Shown piece after piece: positions 22,207 through 35,298 of a stretch of DNA of 64,000 bases; the first letter of the stretch is position 1; each line of letters starts with the position of its first letter. The stretch is taken from positions 1,411,331-1,475,330 of the forward strand of contig NW_005202428.1 in NCBI RefSeq assembly GCF_000372725.1, given 5' to 3'. Position numbers and translations under genes: made by a program. The DNA is from Emiliania huxleyi CCMP1516 (taxonomy: Eukaryota). Under the pieces are notes generated by a model. It was not told the DNA's origin. It made no database searches and saw only the letters and a program-made list of their open reading frames with translations.

Positions 22207-22786
22207 ATGCTCTTCGACGTGCCGGTCCACGAGCTGACTGCCGGCGACGGCGACAAGGCGCTGCTCACCGCGGACGGCGGCCGGAACCGTGGCCATGGTG
22301 CCGACTTTGGGCACCTCAAGAACCGTCTGCGGCTCCGCAGCGGTGGCCGGTACGCCATGATCGGCCGTAACGGGTGCGGCAAGTCGACGCTTCTTCGGGC
22401 GCTTGCCTCTGGCACGCTCCCCGAGTGGCCCGGCTCCATCCGCACGTTTCTGGTGGAGCAGGACCACCGGATCGATCCCGAGCAGCAGGTGATAGAGGCG
22501 GTGCTCTCCGCCGACAGCCGCGTCTCGGACTTGCAGGCGGAGGCGGCACGGCTCGAGAGGGAGTCCGCCGAGGCGAGGGAGTCTGCGACGGAGCGGCTAT
22601 GCGAGATCTACGAGGCGCTCGAGGAGCTCGACGCAGAGTCGGAGGGACTGCGCCGGCACCGGGTCGAGGCCATCCTCGGCGGCCTCGGCTTCACGGCGGA
22701 GATGCAGGGCGCCGCAGTGGGCGAGCTGAGCGGAGGGTGGCAGGCGCGGCTGGCGATGGCGAGCGCGCTCTTCGTCGAGCCCGAGC

Positions 22787-22824
<38 letters not shown>

Positions 22825-24393
22825 CGGGGGCTGCGATGGCTGCAGCGGTACCTCCGCGACGAGTTTCGGGGGACGATGCTGGTCGTCGCGCACGACCGCG
22901 CCTTCCTCGACGCGGTGGCGACCGACATCATCCTCTTCGAGGGCGTCAAGGGGACGCTCACCTATTTTCACGGCACGCTCGAGGAGAGGGGCCTAGATGC
23001 GGAGGAGATGCGGAGTCCGTCTCCTCTCGAGCCAGCGGCTCGAGTCGACACGCAACCGCATCGTAGCTCTCGCATTCACGCGGTGCTCTGCACACCCGAT
23101 GCCGTGTCCACGCCCCTGAGGTCCACGTCACGTGCTTCTCTAGGAGTTTGAGACGCGGACCGCCGACTCGTCTGCCGCGATGCAGCGTCAGGTCGCGGCG
23201 CTCGAGCGGAAGAAGAAGCACATCGAGCAGTCGGTTGACAAGATGAAGCAGGCGGCCGCCGGGAAGCACGGCGACCAGAAGAAGTCGGACCTGGTCGCCT
23301 CCCGCGAGAAGAAGCTCGGCCGGATGGGCCTCGAGAAGACGGCCGACGGCAAAAAGTTCAACGCGCAGAAGCCCGCGCAGCCTCAGATGCGGGATCCGTG
23401 TACACTCCGACCAGCACTCGAGAGGACACGCACTCGGCTGTATTTAGCTGCACCGGGAACCTGCTTGCGCACACTGCACGAGTCCGCATTCACTCCTGCC
23501 TCTGGTGCATTCTGGTGGGAGGCACGGCCTCCTTGAACGATTCCTTGATACATTAATTGCTACGGGCAGACACGGCATCCGCGCGGGCGCGGCCAACCAC
23601 AACGACGGCGAGAGCAAGGGGTCGGGCACGATGCGCAAGATGGTGGGCACGTCGCTGCTGCCGAAGTCGGCGCCGGAGCTCAAGTGGGGCTTCGGCGACA
23701 GCGCGCCGCTCGGCCTGTCGGACGACGCGCCGCTGCTGGAGCTGCGGTCGGTCGGCTTTGCCTACCCGGGCGGGGGACAGCCGACCCTCTTCTCAGGCGT
23801 CGAGCTGTCGCTCGGCTCTCGCTGCCGGGTCGCGCAAGTCACCGCCGCGACGGGCGGTGAAGAGCGCCTCTTGTCTACACACGCGTTGCTTGTGCACAGG
23901 TCGCGCTCGTCGGCCGGAACGGGACGGGCAAGTCGTCGCTGATGCGGCTGCTCACGGGGGAGGCCGAGCCGAGCGCGGGCGAGGTGTGGCGCCACCGCGG
24001 CTTGCGCGTGGCGCACTACAGCCAGCACCTCGCGGAGAGCCTCGACAAGGAAGCGCGGGCTGCGCATCCAGCAGCTCCTCGAGCCTTCACGGAACCTTCT
24101 CGGACCCTTCCCATAGGAGACGCGGAGCGGGTTTGCCTGGCTCAAGGCGCCGGCTCGCCCCCCCCGGCCCACCGCTCGCCCTGCACTTGCCCAACGGCCA
24201 GCCCCTCCCCCCCCCCCCGCTCTGCCAGGACGAGCTGCCCGACGCCAAGGACGAGGACCTCCGGCGCCAGCTGGGCTCGTTTGGCATCAACAGCGGGGCC
24301 AGCGGGCTGGCCTCCCTCCCCCTCTCGGCGCTTAGCGGAGGGCAGCGCGTGCGCGTCGTCATCGCGCGCCTGGCGATGGAGGCGCCGCATCTC

Positions 24394-24429
<36 letters not shown>

Positions 24430-24615
24430 TACTCGATCGACGCCCTGAGCGACGCGCTCGAGCGCTTTGCGGGCGGCATCGTCCTCGTGTCCCACAACGC
24501 GAGCCTCCTTGAAAAGGTGGCGCGCGACGTCTACATCGTGAGCGGTGCCAAGCGCACGGTGCAGCGGTTCGACGGAACCGTTGACGAGTACCTCGCTCGG
24601 GTGTTGGGGAGGTGA
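22207..24615 (+). CDS. ABC-F family ATPase (ABCF3/GCN20-like), spliced
   Basis: Two NBDs (GRNGCGKST/LSGGW/LLLLDEPTNHLD and GRNGTGKSS/LSGGQR/LLLLDEPTNHLD) and no TM domains; start may lie further upstream. Confidence 0.9.
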
Positions 24616-26574
24616 GGATTGGCGCTGCTCCGCCGTTGTGCGTGTGTGTGCTGCTGAAGTGTAACGTGAGCTGAGTGATGAAAGAGCAAAGAGAAGTAAA
24701 ATGTGAAGTTTGGGGCACGTCATGTTGAAAGGGGGGCACGATGACACAACGCTTGAAGAACCATTCTGACGAGCCACCGAGCATACTTGTGTGGACGTTT
24801 CGGGCTCCTATCCCCCGCCCCGGATCCGTGGGCGATCGCACACGCGGCTGGGGGGTACGGCGCGAGGTGCCAGGTGGCGCTTACCACTGAAAAGGAGGTT
24901 TTGGAGGCCACATTGGGCTAAACCCCACCTGGCTTCCTCTCAATGCGTGTCGTGCACCACCCCACGACAGCCCACCGAAAGAGCACTGGTGCTCTCCGCA
25001 TGCGCCACCGATGTGATTGTGCAACGTCAGCCACCTCGCCGGAGGTAGTTGCGACTGGGGACACCGGAAGCTCGACGCTCGAGCACGTGTGGCAAAGTTT
25101 TGCGACATCCTGCGACTCGACCCCCGAGGGCTGCCGGCCGCCGACAGCAATACCGAGACCGGATTGCGCAGCGAGTTCGGTCCGAATGTGCCCAGGGCCA
25201 GCCCGTGGACCGGTACGGACGGCAGGTACCCATGGGACCGCTGCGGCGGGCCTGGGAGGCGCCACGAGTCCCAATGACGCACGGTCGGCGCAAATCCCCA
25301 AGCTGGAAATAGGCCTTTAAATACAAAGGGCGCGACAAGTTCTCTCTTGCGTCGGGCAAGGTGGGCGCTTGCGTCGGGCAGCGTGGGCGCGGCATCCGGG
25401 ACGGATGCGGGCCCTTCTCTCGCGGGATCGCTGGGAGCCGCTCGGCTCCCCACGCGCCGCCGAGCTGCGATGGCGCCACCGCAACGGCTGCCCCTCCTCG
25501 GCTCCCGCCCCGGGGCTGCCGAGATAGGTGCCCCGAGCCACCGTTTGCAACATCCGCGCGGAACGGCGGTGCTGCCGACGCCCCCCCGACCGGCAAACAC
25601 CATGGGAAGGGCGGTGGTGAACGCTCCACCTCAGAAATGTCGTCGTCGTCGCGCAGTTCCCTTAAGTGACGTTCGGCGGCCGGCGGCGGCTGGCGCCAAC
25701 AATCCGGATTTTCGTCTCTCGACGCGAAGATATGGTCCCGAGTCTCACTACTCGCCCCTCCATCCTGTAGGTCCGGACCTTGCCTGCTCAGTAGCCGCGA
25801 TGAATCGTCGCCCTCATCGTCCGCGGTCATCCTTTCAGCCTCAAACGGGCCAAACGACTGTCTCGCCATCACCCATCTCGCCTCTCGCGGTCGCGTCACA
25901 CCTTCCCTCGTGCCGCAAGTAGGCGCGTGAGTGATGGCCCTGCCGCCAGGTACACGGCTACACCTCGGGACGCCGTGCTGAGACGGGTAGAGCCGCCCCG
26001 CGGGAGCAAAAGCCGCCTCGCGCGCCTCAGCCCGCCGGGCCCCTCGGCGGCCAGTGTGGGGTGGATACGGCGGTTATAAACCCCTCTGACAGCAGCGCCT
26101 CACGGCGTGGGCTGCGAGGTCACTCGGGGTGACCCAGGGGGCGGCGGGGGAGCAATCTCCCGCCGGAGCAGCGGGTGATATTCCCGCTACTCGCTCGAGT
26201 TTGAGGTGCGCCGCGCCTCGCCTGTGTTGCCTTCCCGGCTGCCCCAGCCGCCCTCACCGTTCCTCATCCCCTCCCCCACCCCCTCCCCCTCAGGCTAGGC
26301 CCTCGCCACCGCCGCTGCCGCTGTCTCCGCCACAGCCGCCGCCGTTTCCCTCCCCCCCACCCCCTCCGACGCCGTCGCCTCCGCTGCTCCCGCCACCACC
26401 GCCGGCCGCCTCAGCTCTCCCTCGCCCACCTCCCACACACCACCAACGCCCTCCGCGCGTCCCCGCACGCCGCCTCCGCGCCCCCACGCCCCCACGACGA
26501 CCTCCCGCCCCGCCCTCCCCGCGTCTCAGACCTTTGGCCGTGCTCCGCTCGGGGCGACTCGGCGCCGCCATCGC

Positions 26575-27330
26575 GAGCACGCCGCCCTCGCCCCCGCCAC
26601 CTTCCCCCCCGCCGCCATCCCCACCGCCGCCGTCGCCGCCGCCCCCGTCACCGCCACCGCCCTTGCCGCCCCCTCCATCGCCCCCGCCGCCGTCGCCCCC
26701 TCCGCTTTCCCCGCCTCCTCCGTCGCCTCCGCCGCCGAGCCCTCCGCCACCAAGCCCGCCCCCGCCCTCACCCCCTCCTGCCTCGCCGCCTCCGCCATCG
26801 CCGCCGCCTCCCTCTCCGCCGCCGCCCTCACCGCCCCCTCCGTCGCCGCCGCCGCCATCACCGCCGCCGCCATCGCCACCACCTCCCTCGCCACCACCGC
26901 CCTCCCCGCCCCCGCCAAGCCCGCCTCCGCCGTCGCCGCCGCCGCCGTCGCCTCCGCCACCATCCCCGCCGCCGCCCAGCCCTCCGCCACCATCACCACC
27001 ACCGCCCAGCCCTCCGCCCCCAAGCCCGCCCCCGCCATCGCCGCCGCCTCCCTCGCCACCGCCGCCCTCGCCGCCACCCCCGTCACCACCGCCTCCGAGC
27101 CCGCCCCCGCCCTCGCCTCCGCCGCCCTCGCCACCACCCCCGTCTCCGCCACCGCCGAGCCCTCCCCCGCCCTCTCCCCCTCCGCCCTCACCGCCGCCGC
27201 CCTCGCCGCCGCCGCCCTCGCCGCCGCCACCGAGCCCGCCGCCACGGTCACCCCCGCCCCCGTCGCCGCCACTTCCCTCACCGCCAGGCCCAGCCCGCCG
27301 CCGCCATCTCCCCCACCGCCCTCACCGCCA
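26575..27330 (+). repeat. (SPPPP)n extensin-like coding repeat
   Basis: About 45 15-bp units with synonymous codon variation that keeps Ser-Pro4; no convincing flanking gene. Confidence 0.85.
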
Positions 27331-28520
27331 CGCTGCCAGCGCAGCCGCCGGGCGACGCGACAGCGGCTAGCGGCCGGGAGAGCCTCTCCAGTGCGGGCTG
27401 GGGGCGGCGGCGGCACTCTGCGGGTGGCGGGCGAGCTGCTGGCTGGCCGGCGGCGCGTCTCGACTCAAATTATGGGCCGCCTCTCGGGCGTGCGGCCAGG
27501 GGCCCGTGTGGCGCGAGGAGAGGGCGGCGCGCTCGGCGCGCTGGCGGCGGTGAAGCCTCTCAGAGTGGGCGCTGGCTGGCCGAGGGCGTCGGGCGGGTGT
27601 GGGGCGGCACTCGGGCCGCCGGACGGGCCGTGGTGGCCCGTGTGGCGTTCGTGAGGGACTGTTTGGGCGCCCCGGCAGCCTCCCCGCCTGCGTGACCAGG
27701 GCCGGTTTGGCAGCGGTTTGGGCTGTGTGTGGGCTGGTCGCGGTAGGGGATATAGTGCTTGTTTATGGTCCCACTCACCACTCCCGGCCAACGGGGCCTC
27801 GCGGGGCGTCCTCGTTTGCAGTAAAAGGCCTCTGCCATCGCTCAGAGTCCCAAACCATGTGATCCTCCGCGCCGCCGCGCCCGAGTAGTCTGCCAGATGC
27901 GACGTCGTCGGGGAGGGCGTCGTCGCGGGCGCCAACGTCGTCATGCGAGCCCCTACGGCTGTCCAAGGGCACGTCTGGGTGACCAGGGGCGGGGGCCGAG
28001 CCGTGAGTGCTCCGCCGGGGCGAGCTTCTGGGTCTATGGGACCGCTGCCGGACCCATCCGAGAGCCTCTCCGGACACGTTCGCTCGACGGCCTAGTTGGC
28101 GGCCGATGTTCGACGACTAAAGCTCCGGACGCCGCGGCCAAAGGTCCGCCCACGGCCCCAGGGCTCGTGGTTGGTGTGGGGTGTGCCTCACGAGGCGGAG
28201 AGGCCGCGTGAACTCCCGTAGAAGCTCGCGAAGTGCGGATTTGGAGCGCCGCGCCGGACCTCCGCCGGGGCCCGCCGGGACGCCGTATGGGCCTCGGGGT
28301 GCCCGATAAGCTTAGAGGTGCGGTTTTTTTTGCTTGTGTCTATCGGTTCATGTCATGGACCGGCCCTGGGAAGCCTTTGACCGCGCGCGGAGGGTGTTAC
28401 GGGGCCGTGATGATTTAGCGGGAGGGAAATCGGCCGATTTGCCCAGTGTGCCCCTAAACGCGTCATAATAGCCGCACGTTTGCCCTCGCCGTGCCTTGCC
28501 ATCTCCGAGCCGCGCCCCCT

Positions 28521-28749
28521 CCTTCAGTTTTAAGGCGAATCGGGTGCCGAACTCGGCGTCGACAGCTTTGGCTCGACATCTTTGCCATTTTGGCGAGAAA
28601 CGCATAAGCCGCCCCAGCGAAATGGCCGATACGGCCGGAATCGGAGGCAGCGCCGGGGCGGCTTATGCGTTTCTCGGGGTCGTGTGGTTTAGCCGGATAT
28701 CGACCTGGTGTCCCGTGGGGAAGGTATTGAACTGCCTTAAAACGGAAGG
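28521..28749. repeat. Nested inverted repeat (fold-back structure)
   Basis: Perfect 22-bp arms at 28594-28615 and 28655-28676; outer arms (15/16) at 28521-28536 and 28734-28749. Confidence 0.85.
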
Positions 28750-30496
28750 GCACGTCCTGTTCACGCGATGGCCAGCCGTGCTGTGAGCCCGAAAGGCGGC
28801 GAGGGTCGGCACAGGCCAGCAGCCCTTGGTCAAGATTGGCTCTGACGCCGTGCCAGTTGTCGGCGCGCCGCGATCTGCATACCTGTTCGTACCTCTACAG
28901 TAGTGCGGCCACGTGTATTGCTGTTCGGCGAACCGCGTTCCGCTCTCTCGACCGTGAGGCCAGTTGGCGGGCGCCCAAAGCGCCTGGTTTGTGCGTCGAG
29001 CGGTGAGCTCACAACAGACACCGTCCGAGCCCGATGCACGCCAGGCGTCTCATTCCAAGCCCACTACGCATTCCCACGCGCTCAGGCGCCGCTCGAACCC
29101 CACCTCTTTGAGCCGGTTACCCCGCGGCAAGGCAACTCGGCGCTCTCGATGTGCGCGCTAGGCAGTCTCAACGCCGATTACAGCCGAGCGCGCACGACAC
29201 GTAGGCGTACCGGCGTGCCGCTGGCATACTACGCGACGGTGGAGGCGCGTGGGCTTGCTCAAAAGGCATGCATCTGTCGGAGAGCGTGCCGCAAGACCTG
29301 ATGTGCCTCCGCTCCAGGTGTGTGGCAGTTCGATGGATCCAGCCCAGCGACCTCTACGTGAGGATTGAGGACTGCTCTTCCCCTTTGGCCGAGCCTCCAG
29401 TCCCTGCCACCGTGCACCTGGCGCCAGAAAGCTGCATTTACATCCCGCACGCGCGATCGGCAGTCGAGTTACAACCCGCAGCTGTGCTGTGTGCGCGCGC
29501 ACTCGAAAGTGGTTCGGCGATCTCTCGGCGACCACTCGTCGACTCGCGCTCAGACGCGAGGTGTGTGCTCGCCCGGCCCCCCGTGAGGGGACTAGGCCAT
29601 TTTTAGCGAGATCGGGGAAATCACTCTCGTCGCCCGCCGCTCACGCTTCCCTCCCTCTCCCGCTGCCGCCGTATCCGGTCCTAGCCGGCGATACATTGAG
29701 ACCTCACGCCCCGCGACTGTCTTCCACGCTCGCAGGCGGGCCTATCCGCCGTGCCACTCCATGCATGATCACCACTGGGGGCAGCGGTGCTCGTGCGACT
29801 GCGGATTCGGCCTCACCTCACGCCCTCTGGCCTGCAGCTGCACGTTGCCGGGCGCCATTCTCGAGCCCTTTGGAGAATGGGCCCAAATCCGGGCTCTGAG
29901 CACGCCTACTGCTGACGATCTATGTAGCTAGTGCGGTGGGGTCTGGCGCAGGTGCGCGAGACCGTCTCCACAGGGGGGCCGCGCGATTATCTGGGCGCTC
30001 CCGAGGGGGCGAAACCGCGTGTTCAAGGGAAACCAGGCGAATTGCGCCCCCAGAATGGTCCTGAGCGGCTCCCACGACCTCCCAAACACCCGAGGTGCAC
30101 GACACGACCGCTTGTTCGAACATTAGCGACACAAGTATTTATTCCTGTGGGTTGTGTCATCGTGCCGGGGGGGGGGGGGGACTTGTGGAGTGCGGTCGGT
30201 AACCTCTGCTCTCACACCCTCACGCCCAGGGCCGAGGGGGCCGGGGAGAGCAGAAAGGAGAATGAGAAAGGTAATTTCTCGCAGCTGCGAGACAAGTTTT
30301 CTCGGAGCGACAGCCTCAAAGACAAAAGGGTGGATGGGTGGGGGACGATTGTGGGCGAGCGCCAGCGCGCCCCAGGAACGGTGGGGTGCCCTCGACCGCG
30401 CGTCCGAGTCACTTGGGCGGACGAGCGAGCGGCACATGGCCCGACAAAGAGAAATCGGAGTCTGGCGACGAGATCGATAAAAGAAGTGCAGCGTTT

Positions 30497-32045
30497 CCTC
30501 TGAGGTGCCTCAGAGGTGCACCACACCTCTGAAGGTGTCTTTCAGAGGTGTACTTCAGGAGCAGAGCTGACGTCAGTCTGTGCGCGCTCCCTCTCTCCTC
30601 GTCGAACTTGGGAACGAGGAGGAAGAGTTGAAGCGCGCTCAAAGTCGCCCTCTGCGCCCTTCCGAAGGCCACGATGGCCGACTCTTTTGACGCCGAGGTG
30701 GACCCGACGGGATCCACCATGCTTTTGATCATGCCCGAGAGCTCCCCGCTTCTTGAGGCCACCGAGTTCTTGGGGTGGACGGCGACCACCGCCGGCTCCG
30801 ACGGGATGCCGCGCAAGGCGGCCCCTTGCGCCGCCGCGGCCCCCCTTCTCGCGCGCTGCCGCCAGGGCGCCGCGGGCCAGCAGCCCCCGGGCCACCCGCA
30901 GTTTCTCGCTCTTTGCCCGTTGACGTTCGCGCTGACCGGCTCAGGGCGCGCCTCGACCTCAAGCGGCCATCTGACCAATCGGCCGGCGCCTCAAGGGAGC
31001 GGCATGACACCTCATGGGGGTGGCGCCCCACGGCCGCACCTCGCATGGCCGCCGACGTCGAGCCGGCTGGGCGCGCTGGCGGGCGTGCGCCCGAAACGCC
31101 GACCTTCCCGGAAGCCCGACCGCCGGTGGCGCAGCGACGCTCCAGCCAGCTGGCAGAGGCGGACCGGCGCATGACTCGGGAGCGAGTCCTCGGGCTTGCG
31201 AGCGCTGGATCGGACGCGCGCATGCACTTGCGTGCGGCCCCCAGCGCGCTCTTCCGTTCAGCGGAGCGAACAAGCGCACTCGCAGCGTCTGGCGTCAACG
31301 CTGCCACGCTCAAGGTGGACGAGCGCGCCTGGGAGTTTTGGGTCAACGTGTGCGAGTCCCAGGGCACCACCCCACTGAGGAGCTCCGCGGAGGCGCGAGA
31401 CCACCCTGACCGCAACGCCCACCTCCTCGCCTGCCTCATGATGTACGCGCATGTCTGGTGCATCCCCCGCACCCGAGATGCACAATTCATCAAGCCGCGC
31501 TCCGCGCTCGCGTATCCGCTCGCGATTTGCCGCATCTTCAAGCGCTGGGGCGTGCAGATGCCAGGGTACCGAGCCCTCGCCGCGGCCTTCGCGGGGCTGA
31601 TGCGCTCCTACCTCGCGCACCACGGGCCCGGGTCCCTCGCCCCGAGGCGCGCAGAGCCCATGAAGTTCTCCATGATGCGCGACATCTACCGCGCGGCGCC
31701 CACGGTGCGAGTGGCGGGCCGCGTGTGGAGCGACGACTGCCACGACGTCTTCATCTTCCGCCGCCTCAACGTCTTTCTCATGTACACCGCGTTCCGCCTC
31801 GGCGAAACGACCGGGCCGGACCCGTTCCTCACCTTCACACACCTGGTCTGGAGCATCCGCGGCACCATCGTGACCGACCCCACGGCGGCCCAGCTCCACT
31901 CCTTGCGACCGGGGCTGGATTACGCCCAGGTGGCGCCGCCTCTCTCCAAGGCGGACCAGTGGGGCGAGCGCAACTGCCCCTTCATGGTCACCCTCACTTA
32001 CTCTGAGGAGCCCGAGAACCCGGCGGCCCAGCTGCGCGACCTATA
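30497..32045 (+). mobile_element. Truncated tyrosine-recombinase element (DIRS/Ngaro- or Crypton-like)
   Basis: ORF 30775.. has an N-terminal core-binding-like region (T...DERAWEFW..VC), FLMYTAFRLGE (catalytic Arg) and SKADQWG (Lys). The HxxR and Tyr motifs are missing. Two hairpins lie at 30497-30551. Confidence 0.7.
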
Positions 32046-32817
32046 TTGCGCCGCCTCCTACTGGCAGCCGGGCGGGCGCGCGCCGCGGGCGCCTCGGCGC
32101 GCGCACGGCTCGCAAAGTTCGAACGAGTACTGCCGCCCGGCCGCCTCAAGGCTGCCGGGCGGCAGTACTCGCCTCGCAAGGCGCGCACCGGCTGCTCTGG
32201 CTGCTGCGCCGGCGGCCGCTGCGCTGGCCGCTGCTGCGCTGGCTGGCGGGCGGCACGGCCGCCGGCGGCCGCTGCACCCGCGCCTTCCCTCGCGGGCGCC
32301 GTCGCGCCGCGCGCGCCCAATTCTGCTGGCACACGGCACGCGTCGTCACACAGCCGCGGAGAACAGGCGGTGCTGTGCGCGAAGCGCGCGCGATCTCGTA
32401 CTTTAAGGCTGGATCCGGCCATTCCAAGGGTATACCTTTGAGAATCCCCAGCGTCCTACCCTCCTAGTCACACTCTCAATATCTCGACTCTCCAACACGA
32501 AGTGCTGCGATCGGGCGCGGCCCATTTCTTTTTTCTTTCTTTTTTTGGGTCCTGTGGGCACCCTACCACCGCGGCACGGCCGTGGCTGCGCATACACCTT
32601 ACCCTTTCTCCTCAACGGCTATCCGTGCTTGCTGTGCCCCTGCGTGGTGTGTTTCAAGTTCTTACAACCCAAGGTGATAGAGGGCAAAAAGATCGATTGC
32701 GCTCTTGCCGATCCGCACCTACCTAGGCTCTTGGGTGGCGCGCCCCAGCTCTTCACAGCGAACCTGGTTGACACTCCCCGCCCCCTCTTCATCTCGGTGC
32801 TGCCCAACTGGTGCCGA

Positions 32818-35298
32818 ATGCCGCCCTCCAAGCTCTTCGAGGCACTGCACGCGCGCGACGCTAAGCGCGTGAAGCATCTCGTGTCGAAGGAGGGCTGCGA
32901 CGTCAACGAGACTGGCGCAGTGCGCTCCCTCACGCCACCGCTCCCATCGAGATGATGACGTGTGTGTGTATGTGCCTCACCGCTCTCGCCCCGCCGTTCA
33001 GGGCGAGCAGACGGCGCTGCACCTCGCGGCGGAGCTGGACAACGTCGAGTGCGTCCAGCTCCTCCTCACCCACGGTGCCTCGGTCGGCATGCAGGATGGC
33101 CAGATGCGCACGCCGCTGCTCGCCGCCTGCGTCGGCAACTGCCGGCACGCCGCGCGGGCGCTGATCGAGGCGGGCGCGCCGCTCGGCACGGGCGACGAGG
33201 ACGAGAACACGCCGCTGCACTGGCTCGCCCTGCACGACGCCGTCGACCTCGCCAAGCTCGCCCTCGAGAAGGGCGCGCCGCTCGAGGCGCTCAACGCCGC
33301 CGTCGAGACGCCGCTGCTGCTGGCCGCCAAGCACGGCCGGACGGCGGCGGTGCGGCTGCTGCTCTCCGAGGGCGCGACCATCGAGCGCGACTCGGTCGGC
33401 TCGATCGCCCCCACCAACAAGACCGCGTGCCACTTCGCCATGCAGTACGGCGCAGAGGGCGGTGACGCGGCCGACGCGAGCGCAATGCTTGTCGAGGCAG
33501 CGACGACCCGAGATGGCCCGAGATGGCCCGAGATGGCCCGAGATGGCCCGACGCGGTGCTCCTCGAGGCAGCTGCTGGGCCTCAGCCACACATCCTATCC
33601 CTCTCTTTCGCACACATCCTCTCCCTCCCCCTCCCCCTCCCTCCCTCCCTCTCCTACACCCACCTGTTGGCACCTATTGGGCTGGGCATCCCTCCCTACC
33701 TCCTCATCCCCCCCCCCCCCCCCCTTCACCAGTTCCTCAACAAGAGCCCCGACGTCAACGCCACCGACGGAGAGAAGCGGACTGCGTTGCACTACGCCGT
33801 CGTCAACGACGAGCTGCTCCCCTCCGTCCAGGCGAGACTACCCGAGACTTGCAAACACCCCTCCCCGCCACCCTCCCGCCACCTTCCCCGCCACCCTCCC
33901 GCCACCCTCCCGCCACCCTCCCGCCACCCTCCCGCCACCCTCCCGCCACCCTCCCAGCCCTCTCAACCACTCCCAGCAACGTTCCCCCCCCCCCCCCCAA
34001 CCAGGCCCTCCTCTCCGCCGGCGCCGCCGTCGACCAAAAGGACTGGGCCGGCCTCACACCCCTCCACTGGGCCGCCTTTCTCGGCGCGCCGTATAGTGTA
34101 GTGTAGTATCACACTTTCCTCTGGGCCGCCTTCTCGGCGCGCCGAAGAACGCGCGCGCCCCCTTCCTCGGAACCTTGCCTGAGCCTTCTCGGAACCGTCC
34201 CACAGGCGCGGCGAAGAACGTGCGCGCCCTCCTCGCCGCCGGCGCCGCCGCACAGGCGGCCGATCACCACCAGCGACCCTCCTTGTTTGGATCCTCCTCA
34301 CTCCCGCTCTTGCCGCCACAGGCGGCAGACCACCACCAGCGCACCGCGCTGCACCGCGCCGCCGAGCGGAATGACGAGGAGTGTCTCTCCGCCCTCCTCG
34401 CGGCCGACTAGTTCATACACCGTTAGCGATTGATCACTAACTCAACAGGAGTGCCTCGCCGCCCTCCTCGCGGCCGACGGCGTGAGCGTCGACGCGACCG
34501 ACGCCGACGGCCTCTCCGCCCTGCACTACGCCGCGCGCGCCGGCGGGGTCGGCTGCGTCCGCGCGCTCCTCGCTGCCGCCGCAGACCGCTCCCTCCCCTC
34601 GCTCGCTGGCAAGACCGCTGCGGACCTGACGGGCTCGCGGGAGGCGCGCGAGGCGCTGCGAGCGACGTGTCCGGGACACGTCCTGGACATGTCCGAGACT
34701 TGCCCCGCAGGTGCACGAGGCGCTGCGCGAGAGCGGCGCGCCAGGGCTCAAGCGGGCGCGCTCCTCGTCGGCCGCCCGGCTGCCGCTGCCTGACCTCGCC
34801 TCCAAGGCGCAATCCCCCGAGATTGCCCGAGATTGCCCGAGATTGCCCGAGATTGCCCACCGCTGCCCGACCTCGCCTTCAAGGCGCAATCCCCCGACTG
34901 AGCCAAGCCTCGACAGCCCGCACTCGAGCCCCGGCACTGCCGCCCCGCACACCGGCCGCCTCCGCCTCGCCGCCTCGCCTCGCCTCGAGGGGTGTGCCTC
35001 GCGCTCACACGAGCAGCTGAGGCGGACTCGTGCCCCCTCCACTCGTCCGCAGGTGTACGCCGCGTGCGCCACGCGAAGCGTCGAGTCGGTGCTGCCCCTC
35101 TGCACGCCCTCGCTGGCGGCGCAGGAGCGGCCGGCCCTCGAGGCGCTCGTCGCGCAGAGCCCGCCGCTCGCGGTCGAGCAGATGCACGCGGCGAGCGGCA
35201 CCTCCACCGTCGCCGTCGAGCACGCGCAAGGCCTCCACCTGCTCGCCTTCTCCGAGGAGGGCCTCCTCGAGCGCTTCTGCGCCTTTGCGCGCAGCTGA
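32818..35298 (+). CDS. Ankyrin repeat protein, multi-exon
   Basis: Many repeats: TALHLAA, TPLLAAC, TPLHWLA, TPLLLAA, TALHYAV, TPLHWAA, TALHRAA, SALHYAA. Confidence 0.9.

Noticed and set aside
29268..29606. Possible cupin/JmjC fragment (LAPESCIYIPH)
   Set aside because: A single short motif with no supporting context.
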